IMG/VR virus record: IMGVR_UViG_3300013104_000001
Coordinates: 62,001-126,000 of that record
Length of the DNA: 64,000 bases
Reading direction: 5' to 3' (one strand)
The notes below the pieces were generated by a model that ran no database searches, was not told the DNA's origin, and saw only the letters and a program-made list of their open reading frames with translations. Shown here piece after piece: positions 36,638-45,557 of this stretch. Every line of letters begins with the position of its first letter. The first letter of the stretch is position 1. The position numbers were made by a program, and so were the translations under genes.

Positions 36638-37426
36638 ATGACGCTGAAGAGCAACGAGCAACTCAATGCTGAGACCCCTGAACTGCGCGATGTCATTGTG
36701 ACTGTCGATGGACTGAATGTCCTTGATATCAATGTCGCTCCTGGCGCGCGTGCACCACGCTACAGTGTGCAGTTATCCGGTGATGCGGGTATGACCCCCA
36801 AAGGGATGCGTGCGGTATACGGCCATGCAGCACAGATACTGAATCACCTTGTTGAAAAGGGTTTCTCAGCGCATGCCAATGTATCCCGCGATGACCTGGA
36901 TAACGACGTTGTTAGCGCAACTTCACTCATGAAGCAAGCGATTGCCGCACTGACCGTTGGCGGCGAAGATATCTCACTGCATTGTCACTCATTATCTATC
37001 TGGGTAACGTCATGTGATTTTGATCTGACTGAGCTGCGTCTGCTCGGCGATGAAGCAATGGATAAGGTAGAGTTCCTGCTGGAACAACCTGCCGAACCAT
37101 CTGAAGCGCTAACAGAGTTGATGACACGTAAGCGTAAGAACCTGATACGTGAAGATCTGGGTGAAACTGCGCCGGTAACGACATCACTGGGTACCACCAC
37201 GACTATCATGATTGGTGATGAACTGCATGTGCGTCGCGAGTTCAATGATGAAGACGGCGAAGCTCTCATCGTCTGGATTCCATCTGACCTCAACCAGGAC
37301 ATCAACACCTTGAGCGATGTGGATAAACACAAGCTCAGTTTCCACGGCGGTGCGTCAGAAGGTCATCCAACCTTTATTCTGAACCGTCACGTGGTTAAAG
37401 GTGACGCCGACCAATCTCCAGCTTAG
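36638..37426 (+). CDS. hypothetical protein with DUF1778/TacA-like segment
   Basis: AAGGA RBS; FLLEQPAEPSEALTELMTRK. Confidence 0.6.
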   Translation: MTLKSNEQLNAETPELRDVIVTVDGLNVLDINVAPGARAPRYSVQLSGDAGMTPKGMRAVYGHAAQILNHLVEKGFSAHANVSRDDLDNDVVSATSLMKQAIAALTVGGEDISLHCHSLSIWVTSCDFDLTELRLLGDEAMDKVEFLLEQPAEPSEALTELMTRKRKNLIREDLGETAPVTTSLGTTTTIMIGDELHVRREFNDEDGEALIVWIPSDLNQDINTLSDVDKHKLSFHGGASEGHPTFILNRHVVKGDADQSPA

Positions 37427-37462
37427 TAATTAAAAACTAGACAGCGTAATATTATGTCCATT

Positions 37463-37513
37463 AGGGGGTCTGGTGAAAGCCATATCCCCTTAGGTTATGC
37501 TGTCTTTTTTTTT
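37463..37513 (+). terminator. imperfect hairpin + TTATGCTG + T tract
   Basis: AGGGGGT…ATCCCCT, TTATGCTG 37495-37502. Confidence 0.6.
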
Positions 37514-37595
37514 GGTTAAGAAATACTACCCTTCTCCATTATATGTCATTTAGTTTACACATTGTAAAACTTCACACAAAGCAAGCGAGAGTCAT

Positions 37596-37739
37596 ATGTC
37601 AAAACCTGAAGAATTCGATATGAACGGTCTGGAAGATCTGGACCTGGAAGGCGCTGAGAAAGCAGCAGAAGTAAAAGCAGCAGGTGGCGGCGAAGCGCTG
37701 TCTGACGCTGAATCAGATTGCGAAGGTTGCAAGATCTAA
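37596..37739 (+). CDS. 47-aa acidic peptide resembling the C-terminal redox-shuttle tail of ribonucleotide reductase alpha (not in ORF track)
   Basis: MSKPEEFDMNGLEDLDLEGAEKAAEVKAAGGGEALSDAESDCEGCKI*; GAGAG RBS; all Leu codons CTG; sits alone in a gene-sized gap. Confidence 0.8.
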   Translation: MSKPEEFDMNGLEDLDLEGAEKAAEVKAAGGGEALSDAESDCEGCKI

Positions 37740-37792
37740 ATGTCGTGATGTGAACCGGGGTTGATAAGGGATCAACTAACCGAGGAAACATC

Positions 37793-38092
37793 ATGAACAT
37801 CTATCTTGTCAAACTTAAGTCTGAAACGCGGTATACGCCAGATTCATTTATCGCTGCTGCAACATCAACCGAACAAGCGTTGTCAATTCACCCTGGGTAT
37901 TATAAGGGCCGACACACACCTGTGAAGTTCGATGAGGAGATGGCATCACTCTGGGCGGTTGAATCGTCTGACCGTCCTATGGATCATACGTGGACAACTG
38001 ACAGGAACGATATTGAGGTTACCTATTTAGGGCAAGCCGCGATTGAATTCACTGGGCCCACGATCATCTCCATAAGCTATGAATCTTGCTAA
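37793..38092 (+). CDS. hypothetical phage protein
   Basis: GAGGA RBS; MNIYLV…DSFIAAA…HP…EVTYLG pattern. Confidence 0.75.
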   Translation: MNIYLVKLKSETRYTPDSFIAAATSTEQALSIHPGYYKGRHTPVKFDEEMASLWAVESSDRPMDHTWTTDRNDIEVTYLGQAAIEFTGPTIISISYESC

Positions 38093-38100
38093 CCATATCT

Positions 38101-38127
38101 GGCGTCCTTCGGGACGCCTTTATGCCG
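38101..38127 (+). terminator. 3'-end hairpin + TTATGCCG tag
   Basis: GGCGTCC-TTCG-GGACGCC then TTTATGCCG. Confidence 0.8.
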
Positions 38128-38230
38128 GCTATCTTATGACTTGTCTGTAACAGGTCTGAGGAAGCTTATGTTCAAGCGATTAGCATTTCTTTTGTTTAGA
38201 AAATTCTTTGATCCTAAAGGGGAGTACAAA

Positions 38231-38839
38231 ATGTCAGAGCAGTCTAAAGATCAAGTTGCTGTAGAAGAGAATGCATCTCCAGAATCGGAGCAGCCTACTC
38301 CTGCTTCATCTGATCCGATTGCAGAGACATCTACCGCAAGCGATACGTTCGTGGTTGCACAAGACGGTGGGCCTTCACGCCCGGTTGTTGAAGACGTAGT
38401 AGATGATACTCCTGTCGCCGACGAACCCGTTCAACCTGCAGCACCGGCTATCCCAGCAGTAGAAGATGCGCCCGCTCCTGTTGTTGTAGAACCTATTGCG
38501 GTAGAACCGGCTGAACCAGTTGAACCGGTAGCTGTACCCGTAGAAGCCCCTGCTGTTTCTCCAGCACCGGCAGTAGTACCTTCGACCGACAGCGATAAGA
38601 CTGAAGGCGAACCAGATACCTATCGTTTCGACCTGCTGGCCAGTGCACTGAAGAGTTTACTTCAGGAAGCCGGTCATGACCTGGACGAAGCATTTGACGA
38701 TGCAGTACCTTTGGCAAAAGAGATCGCTTCAAGTGATGAAGACTTTGGGCATAAGCTCAAAGGCATTCTGGTAGTGGTTGGTCGTGAATACGGCGAAGCA
38801 TTCCATAAGTTCTTCAATTACGCGAAGAAACATATCTAA
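38231..38839 (+). CDS. acidic Pro/Ala/Val-rich protein
   Basis: GGGGAG RBS, ATG 38231; VEPxA repeats. Confidence 0.75.
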   Translation: MSEQSKDQVAVEENASPESEQPTPASSDPIAETSTASDTFVVAQDGGPSRPVVEDVVDDTPVADEPVQPAAPAIPAVEDAPAPVVVEPIAVEPAEPVEPVAVPVEAPAVSPAPAVVPSTDSDKTEGEPDTYRFDLLASALKSLLQEAGHDLDEAFDDAVPLAKEIASSDEDFGHKLKGILVVVGREYGEAFHKFFNYAKKHI

Positions 38840-38846
38840 CGAAAAC

Positions 38847-38878
38847 AGGGGTAAGGAATCCTTACCCCTTTTATGCCG
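38847..38878 (+). terminator. 3'-end hairpin + TTATGCCG tag
   Basis: AGGGGTAAGG-AAT-CCTTACCCCT then TTTATGCCG. Confidence 0.75.
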
Positions 38879-38921
38879 TCTAAATCTTATAGCTCCTTGT
38901 TATTCACTAATAGGTGGTTTC

Positions 38922-39704
38922 ATGTTTGAATTATTCATGGGTGGCAATCCGAATGGAAGTCTTCCTGTTGGTCAAAAACTCTTCACAGTGGCTTCAACCG
39001 ATTGGACGGTTCCTGACGGCGTAACCGATATCTCGGCAGTCTGTGTGGGTTCAGGTGGTGGTAACACCTCTAACCGATTTGGTGGTAGCGGTGGCGATCT
39101 CCGTTGGCGTAATCACATTTCCGTCACACCTGGTGAAGTTCTGACAATTACAGTCGGGATAGCTGCGGCTGGAAAGGTTGGGGTCAGTACTAAAATTGTT
39201 CGTAAGTCTAACGGACAAGTTCTGTTACTTGCTAAAGGCGGCGATGCTACCGATACTTCTACAGCTATGGATGGAAGTACAATAGGCGGTGGTAACGGCG
39301 GGGCCGGCAGCGGGACTACCGGTGGCGGTGCAGGCGGCTACGCAGGCAATGGTGGTACCGGTATTGGCAAACCTGCTGATACGGGTTCCGGTGGCGGCGG
39401 TACAGGTAGTGGGTATAGCTTTAACGGTAACGGGTTCGGTACCGGTGGCGGTGGTGTCGGTGTGTTGGGTAAAGGCGCTGATGGCTTAGCCGGACCTAAT
39501 AACACCGGGTCTCAGGCAATTGGCGGGGGCGGTGGTTCTGGCGGCGTTAGAGGTGATCATACCACTGGTGGTAACTACGGTGGTGGTTGCGGTGCACCGG
39601 CATCGATTACCAGCGCGAGTTTAGGTGGTAATGGAGCCTGTCGTCTTATCTGGGGTTCTGGTCGTGCATTCCCCGCAACCAAAACAGCTGATATTATCAC
39701 TTAA
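38922..39704 (+). CDS. glycine-rich putative virion/tail-associated protein
   Basis: WTVPDGVT.ISAVCVG…GGGG…VTPGE…GNGACRLIWG. Confidence 0.7.
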   Translation: MFELFMGGNPNGSLPVGQKLFTVASTDWTVPDGVTDISAVCVGSGGGNTSNRFGGSGGDLRWRNHISVTPGEVLTITVGIAAAGKVGVSTKIVRKSNGQVLLLAKGGDATDTSTAMDGSTIGGGNGGAGSGTTGGGAGGYAGNGGTGIGKPADTGSGGGGTGSGYSFNGNGFGTGGGGVGVLGKGADGLAGPNNTGSQAIGGGGGSGGVRGDHTTGGNYGGGCGAPASITSASLGGNGACRLIWGSGRAFPATKTADIIT

Positions 39705-39772
39705 CAATTAAATATGTAAATAAGGAAATACTTGTATTCTTATATGGACTATTACTTAATGAGATTAACATC

Positions 39773-40351
39773 ATGGCAAAACTTACATTCTATTATGCTT
39801 CAATGAACGCAGGAAAATCCACAGCGTGTATTCAAGCAGGTTACAACTATATTGAACGTGGCATGCATGCGCTCATGATTAAACCTGAAGTCGATGACCG
39901 TGATGACAAAAATAGAGTCAGCTCACGTGTCGGCTTATCGGCCAAAGCTATGGTGTTTGATGCCGAGGCTAATCTGTACGAATTAGTCTTGCTGCAAATG
40001 AAAACCTCGAAAGTCTCTGTCGTGTTAGTTGATGAAGCGCAGTTCCTCACCAAAGAACAGGTCACTGAACTTAGCGACATTGCTGATTTCAATGACGTGC
40101 CAGTTGTGTGTTATGGATTGCGCACTGACTTCCAGGGCGAACCTTTCCCAGGCTCTGCCGCACTCATGGCCCGTGCTGATCGTCTTAATGAATTGATCGG
40201 TGTATGTCACTGTGGTTCAAAAGCCCACTTTGTATTGCGTCGTGACGAAAAAGGTCATGTTGTAAAAGAAGGCGAGCAAATTCTCATTGGCGGGAATGAT
40301 CGTTACGAAGCCGTCTGTCGTAAACATCACCGCCTTGCAATGCTTAGTTAA
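39773..40351 (+). CDS. tdk: thymidine kinase
   Basis: SMNAGKST, VDEAQFL, YGLRTDF, CHCG, IGGNDRY…CRKH. Confidence 0.96.
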   Translation: MAKLTFYYASMNAGKSTACIQAGYNYIERGMHALMIKPEVDDRDDKNRVSSRVGLSAKAMVFDAEANLYELVLLQMKTSKVSVVLVDEAQFLTKEQVTELSDIADFNDVPVVCYGLRTDFQGEPFPGSAALMARADRLNELIGVCHCGSKAHFVLRRDEKGHVVKEGEQILIGGNDRYEAVCRKHHRLAMLS

Positions 40352-40366
40352 TAAGTAAGGGCACGT

Positions 40367-41083
40367 ATGTTAGAAATGATGATGGCGTCAAGATCAACTG
40401 TACCAAAAGCCGGACAGCCGTTACTTGGGTATAACTTTGATCAGGGTAAGAGTATCAGTGCGCCTAGCGTAACAGGTTATACCGGCGGGACCATTGAAAC
40501 GCTTGGTAGCAGGGTTTCAGCTCTTAGTGGGTATACCAAAAGCCTGCGTGTTACAAGTCCGGTGGCTAGCATCACTCCGTTGTCTGCGCTGTCAACATTG
40601 GGCCTCGGTGATTTCACGTTAGAGTGTTATGCTTGGATAACCACTCTTCCTGGTGACTATTACCAGCTGTTCCTGGCAACATTTGCTAACGGCAAATACC
40701 TGACAATCCGCGCCGGTAATGGTTCGTTTAACCAACGTATGCAAGTAGGTATCGATCTGGGTAATGGCGCTAACTTCTGCAGTAGTCAGACTGGCCCCTC
40801 TTTACGTAACGGATGGCATCATTATGCATTTGTTCGTAAGGCAGGTAAATGTCGCTTCTTTATTGACGGCCAGTTACAGATGCTTGCGCAAGGAATTGGT
40901 ACGACTTACAACCTTACTGAGTTTGATGCTAACTTTGATCTGTCGGGTAACATGAGCTCATTCGTAATTGGTAAGGCTAACTCCGGTACAGGTGATTTAA
41001 CGATGCCTGAATTCCTGTTGTCCAAAACAGCAAGATACCAGGCAAGCTTTACACCGCCTTCTCGACCTATCTACCAACCATGA
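40367..41083 (+). CDS. LamG/concanavalin-A-like putative virion protein
   Basis: DFTLECYAW, WHHYAFVRKAG…FFIDG, ARY…FTPP. Confidence 0.75.
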   Translation: MLEMMMASRSTVPKAGQPLLGYNFDQGKSISAPSVTGYTGGTIETLGSRVSALSGYTKSLRVTSPVASITPLSALSTLGLGDFTLECYAWITTLPGDYYQLFLATFANGKYLTIRAGNGSFNQRMQVGIDLGNGANFCSSQTGPSLRNGWHHYAFVRKAGKCRFFIDGQLQMLAQGIGTTYNLTEFDANFDLSGNMSSFVIGKANSGTGDLTMPEFLLSKTARYQASFTPPSRPIYQP

Positions 41084-41090
41084 TAACGAT

Positions 41091-41118
41091 GCCAGGGTTA
41101 GCCCTGGCTCTTATGCCG
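41091..41118 (+). terminator. 3'-end hairpin + TTATGCCG tag
   Basis: GCCAGGG-TTAG-CCCTGGC then TCTTATGCCG. Confidence 0.75.
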
Positions 41119-41128
41119 TGCTAAATCA

Positions 41129-41153
41129 TTTCATACCTACATTACCCATGTGT
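41129..41153 (+). promoter_or_regulatory. putative phage-RNAP (early) promoter
   Basis: TTTCATA-CCTACATTAC-ccat-GTGT. Confidence 0.7.
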
Positions 41154-41206
41154 AGAACCAAACATTGTTAACTTAACCTATAGTGTTTTTGTTGCGAGAT
41201 TAATTA

Positions 41207-41566
41207 ATGAACAGTTTAATTCTGGATGTAACCCCTAACGTGATATCCGTCACGCGCAGATTCACTAATGCAAACTGGGAAGGTATTTTACGTGATATCA
41301 GTTTGCGTGTTCTAAAACAATACGAGGAAGTGCGGGCAACTAACCGTGTTCCTTATTTGGATACTGTTTACTTGCAGGAGCTACAGTGGCGTTATGGTTT
41401 TGAAAGGAATGACCAAGCGGTGCTGACCCAATTTACCGAACTGTATAACAACTTATACTCAGCCATTGCCGGGTATGTCAATTCGATTAACCCCACCAAC
41501 CTGTTGACCGTTGTTCAAGTAACGACAGCCAACAATGTCTTCCAATTGCATTTAGGGTATGCCTAA
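41207..41566 (+). CDS. hypothetical protein
   Basis: first gene after promoter motif; TAATG coupling to hslU. Confidence 0.7.
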   Translation: MNSLILDVTPNVISVTRRFTNANWEGILRDISLRVLKQYEEVRATNRVPYLDTVYLQELQWRYGFERNDQAVLTQFTELYNNLYSAIAGYVNSINPTNLLTVVQVTTANNVFQLHLGYA

Positions 41567-43299
41567 TGTCTACCATGACCACTAATGAAGTTGTTGAACA
41601 CTTAGACCAGTATGTAATTGGTCAGATGGAACCTAAACGTGCCATTGCACTGGCGTATCGTGAACGTATGCTCAAAGCCGAAAACACCGGCGCTGAATGG
41701 AAATACATTACGCCTTCTAACATCCTCATGGTCGGACCTTCAGGTTCCGGTAAAACTGAATTAGCCAGGCAGCTGGCTGAGATGACGAACAGTCCTTTCG
41801 TTAAATGCGAAATCACCGAATTCACTCAGGTGGGTTATCACGGTCGTGACGTTAAAGCAATCCTGACTGACTTAGTCAATGACGCGGTACGTATTGCACC
41901 TGCCATCTGGGCCAAAGAGAATAAGCCGAAACTCTCTAAGTCGGCACGTGACATGTTATCCCTGATACTCAAGGATAAAGCGGAACGGGAAATGTTCTCA
42001 AAGGTAATGAACATTCCTGATGACAAACTCACCTTGACATCATTAGAGGAGGCGCTACTTAGCAAGAACTCTGTGTACCGTAAAATCAATATAAGCTATC
42101 GCTGGTATAGCGACATGATCATCGCGGCAGCAACAAAGAAGAAACGCGATGAAGAACCCGCTGAACCCGAACCTAACATCCTTGAGGACAGTGCAGCCTG
42201 GTCGCAATGGTACATCCGCAACAAACTTAATCCCCGCAGCTTTGGTATTCGGGCTAACGATGAAGTGCAACATATTCGTCATGCCGCCATGTTGCTGGAT
42301 TCAGTTGGTGCGAAAGATACTAAGCTTGAAGAAGCCCTGGTCGAGAACATCGGTGCGCCTTTTAATGAAGCACGTAAAAAGATCAGCTCTAAAGGCCGAG
42401 GTATCGGCAAGATCATCAAGTTCTTAATGGATCATAAACTTGAGGGTGATAAGGACGCGTCGATTGAAGTCCTTAAAGCATTGGCGCCGTTTAAGAAAGT
42501 GCAGTTGGATAATGTCATTGATATCAGTGATGCCCTGCGTACCAGTTCTGAACCACCTGCTGACTTCATCGTCAAATTGGTAGAAGAGCGTGGCATTGTC
42601 TTCATCGATGAATTCGATAAGATCTTTGTCGACTTGCGTGGGTCCAACGTGGGTAACATGGGTGTGGTGCGTGACTTGATGCCTTACCTGGATGGTGTCA
42701 TTGCTGACGTTCCTACAATCACTGACCGTGACCGTAGTGGTGGTATGTTTGGTACTCGCAGTGAAACGTATCAGATCAATACCGCTAATATCCTCTGGAT
42801 CGCATCAGGTGCGTTTCATCTGGCTAAGGTCTCAGATGTACCTGCCGAGATCTTAGGACGTCTCCCAGTGCATGTCACGCTCAATCAGCTGAAAGCAGAT
42901 GACCTGGAAAAAGTATTGATTAAACCACATGGCTCGTTAATCAATGCAATCACCACGGTACTGAAAGCAGAAGGCGTTGATTTCGTTATTGAACCTACTG
43001 CCATTCGTGCTATTGCTGAACTTGCTTTTGAAGCTAACACTTACGGTGAAGATACCGGTGCTCGTCGGTTGAAGACCGTTTGTCGTGAACTGTTCGGTGA
43101 CTTACTGTATACCGCCTCTAACTTACCACCTGACCAACGTAAGGTACGTTTCACCGCCGCACAAGTGAACGCAGCTCACGACCGCATTATGGCGAACGTT
43201 ACTAAACGTAAAGAGAAGAAAGAGCCGGGTCAGAAAGAACGCGAAGACTTCAAACAAATGCTTGATGCCATTCGCGGCAAAGTTACCCAACCCGATTAA
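41566..43299 (+). CDS. hslU: HslU/ClpY-like AAA+ ATPase
   Basis: LDQYVIGQ, GPSGSGKTELAR, GIVFIDEFDKI, GAFH, GRLP, GARRL. Confidence 0.88.
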   Translation: MSTMTTNEVVEHLDQYVIGQMEPKRAIALAYRERMLKAENTGAEWKYITPSNILMVGPSGSGKTELARQLAEMTNSPFVKCEITEFTQVGYHGRDVKAILTDLVNDAVRIAPAIWAKENKPKLSKSARDMLSLILKDKAEREMFSKVMNIPDDKLTLTSLEEALLSKNSVYRKINISYRWYSDMIIAAATKKKRDEEPAEPEPNILEDSAAWSQWYIRNKLNPRSFGIRANDEVQHIRHAAMLLDSVGAKDTKLEEALVENIGAPFNEARKKISSKGRGIGKIIKFLMDHKLEGDKDASIEVLKALAPFKKVQLDNVIDISDALRTSSEPPADFIVKLVEERGIVFIDEFDKIFVDLRGSNVGNMGVVRDLMPYLDGVIADVPTITDRDRSGGMFGTRSETYQINTANILWIASGAFHLAKVSDVPAEILGRLPVHVTLNQLKADDLEKVLIKPHGSLINAITTVLKAEGVDFVIEPTAIRAIAELAFEANTYGEDTGARRLKTVCRELFGDLLYTASNLPPDQRKVRFTAAQVNAAHDRIMANVTKRKEKKEPGQKEREDFKQMLDAIRGKVTQPD

Positions 43300-43346
43300 T
43301 TAATTACCGGGGGTCTAATCACCCCCGCTTATTCAAGGAAACATGC

Positions 43347-43889
43347 ATGCAATTCGAATACATTGAAATCAGTAAACTCAATCCGCAGGCAATCATCAAA
43401 ACGGCGTTGAACAATTTCGTTCGTCTTTATTCGGCGTTTAACCAATTAGGTGAAATGTCTAATGAAGAGGTTGTTGCGGAGATCAATCGGGGTGACTGTG
43501 GCGTGACGGCGATCGCGGTTCATCATGTTCTCAAAGAGAAGTACAAAATTGAGACCACTGTCGTCGTCTGTCGCAACCATTGCTGGCTGTGCTACGAAGG
43601 CATTGACTACGACACACTGTATCCAGAGGGCTATGAAGGCTCAGCCGCAGCGCATTGGGAAAAAGACATCAATGCACCACGCTGCCCAATAACCTTCAAA
43701 GAAGCGTGCGACGAATGGATGCCGTGTGATGTAAAAGGCGCAGTCATGGTCAAAGGGTTCTGCGATAAGCTCTGGGTTAAGTTCCCGCCTGAGCTCCAGC
43801 ACTGCTTTGACAATGCCGATGAATACGAACGGCCTGGCGAGCTTGCTAAGTACGAAGCACAACTTCAATCTGCGTTAGAGAAAATCTAA
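43347..43889 (+). CDS. putative Cys-His-Asp protein, paralogue of 35884..36609
   Basis: INRGDCG…HCWL…YDTLYPEGY. Confidence 0.6.
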   Translation: MQFEYIEISKLNPQAIIKTALNNFVRLYSAFNQLGEMSNEEVVAEINRGDCGVTAIAVHHVLKEKYKIETTVVVCRNHCWLCYEGIDYDTLYPEGYEGSAAAHWEKDINAPRCPITFKEACDEWMPCDVKGAVMVKGFCDKLWVKFPPELQHCFDNADEYERPGELAKYEAQLQSALEKI

Positions 43890-43897
43890 GGTGACAC

Positions 43898-44446
43898 ATG
43901 TCTACTGTCGATAGTGAAAAACGTTTAAGCGTATTCAGTGGTGGTAGTTTTCAAGGTCTGACGATCAGCGTGATGACTGGGTTACGTGAGCTTCTTACGC
44001 CCGGTATCCGTAAAGTTAACCTGTATGGCCTGCGCCGTGAATACTACAAAGTGTTGATTGCGTCGTTACGTGCAGAGTACGAACCCTACGGTGCAGTCGT
44101 CACGGTTAACACGTCCCCTATGTATGATTCTGTGGATATCTCCTGGCCGGCGTCAGATAGCGTGACTATCCTCGTCATGGATCCCAGTGACCTTAAGTTA
44201 GCCCATCTGCAGGGATGTGCGCATGACACACGGGTCATTGGTATCACGGCACAGCCAATGACGACCACGTGGTTGTTTGACCTCTATGATATCTCTCGTC
44301 AGTCGGGTATTCATACCCGCATCTACACCACGGGATATGTACCAGAGCCGGGTCCATTGAGTCTGTTGGAATCGTTTGAACTCATCCATTATGTCTCGTC
44401 AGCGAAGTCCGAACCGCAAGTAACTGCCGACATAAATGGCGCTTAA
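43898..44446 (+). CDS. hypothetical protein
   Basis: AAGGTG RBS. Confidence 0.7.
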   Translation: MSTVDSEKRLSVFSGGSFQGLTISVMTGLRELLTPGIRKVNLYGLRREYYKVLIASLRAEYEPYGAVVTVNTSPMYDSVDISWPASDSVTILVMDPSDLKLAHLQGCAHDTRVIGITAQPMTTTWLFDLYDISRQSGIHTRIYTTGYVPEPGPLSLLESFELIHYVSSAKSEPQVTADINGA

Positions 44447-44515
44447 TATGTTACCTGCCTCCTGGGTAATTCCGGGAGGCTTTTTATACGGTCTTCATTT
44501 TTTGTTGAGGGTAGC

Positions 44516-44869
44516 ATGACACCTGTTGGATTAACTGTCTGTTTTAGATTGCAGGCGACTGACGTGGTGCCGTTCTTGGTTGGTGTCTGCACCTACGATG
44601 TGGATGTAACTGTTGAACGCGCATCCGGTTTATTGGGTGAGCTCGAAGGATTGTGTAAACGGATTATGTATCGCTACGATCACAACGCCTGTGAATACCA
44701 AATAAAGGAAAAACAACTAGACATCACCTTACCTTTTATCCCTAATCTATTCGAAGGGAAAATTGAACCTCCTATTACTACACGCATTCCGAAAGGTGTT
44801 AACTACGCAATTAATGGGTGTATGAAAGAAACTCATGAAGTGCTGTATCCGTTAAGATCTAAGGTGTAA
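44516..44869 (+). CDS. hypothetical protein
   Basis: GAGGG RBS. Confidence 0.65.
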   Translation: MTPVGLTVCFRLQATDVVPFLVGVCTYDVDVTVERASGLLGELEGLCKRIMYRYDHNACEYQIKEKQLDITLPFIPNLFEGKIEPPITTRIPKGVNYAINGCMKETHEVLYPLRSKV

Positions 44870-44873
44870 AGTT

Positions 44874-44898
44874 TTTCAAGTCTACATTACTACCGTGA
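44874..44898 (+). promoter_or_regulatory. putative phage-RNAP (early) promoter
   Basis: TTTCAAG-TCTACATTAC-tacc-GTGA. Confidence 0.7.
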
Positions 44899-44924
44899 TG
44901 TATGATAATTAAGAAAGGTGACCT

Positions 44925-45509
44925 ATGGCCTGGAAAGGTTATGTTATCGAATTCCTGCACGTTAAACCACCTCGGTACTATTACGGTGCAGCGGTAGGCG
45001 ATGTGTTTGAAACGGTAAACGCATTGTTAGCACGTGCACGTAACAAAGACGTCAGTGTAGCGAATGGACTTATTGAGTTAGTGGCTTATCCGCAGGAAGG
45101 ATTAGGTGAGCCTGTCTATAAGGTCATTGAACTACCGAAAGGGAAAGAGAAAGATCCTGAGATCTGGCTTGACGAACTGATGCACTCAGATGTTCAGCAG
45201 GGGAATCAGGCAAGCAGCATTAACATCAATCACCTTAAACGTCGTATCCGTCGTTTACGTTCTGTTGTTACTGTCAATGCTGGATTGTATTACGATAATG
45301 ACGAGCCGATGATTACAGACCAACAGTGGGATGAGTTTGCGTATAAACTTGTTGAGCTGCAGAAACGGTATCATTGGTTGTTACCCCACATCGACTTCTT
45401 CGATAATTACTTCTACGACTTCGATGGCAGTACCGGTATGCATCTACCGTATCGAGATGCCTACTTCATGGGGATCATGAAAGTAGTGACCACACCTAAG
45501 GACAAATAA
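44925..45509 (+). CDS. protein with stand-alone NAD+-dependent DNA ligase domain Ia-like module
   Basis: LYYDNDEPMITDQQWDEFAYKLVELQ resembles LigA Ia YY…P.ISD.EYD; no ligase KxDG core. Confidence 0.65.
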   Translation: MAWKGYVIEFLHVKPPRYYYGAAVGDVFETVNALLARARNKDVSVANGLIELVAYPQEGLGEPVYKVIELPKGKEKDPEIWLDELMHSDVQQGNQASSININHLKRRIRRLRSVVTVNAGLYYDNDEPMITDQQWDEFAYKLVELQKRYHWLLPHIDFFDNYFYDFDGSTGMHLPYRDAYFMGIMKVVTTPKDK

Positions 45510-45557
45510 TTCCTCATATGCCTATCATGGCGCTTATTAAAAGCAAGAGAGAAAACA

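Noticed and set aside
37555-37800. 81-aa minus-strand ORF in the track
   Set aside because: Antisense shadow of the + strand 47-aa CxxCKI gene, which has the RBS, codon bias and local gene orientation.
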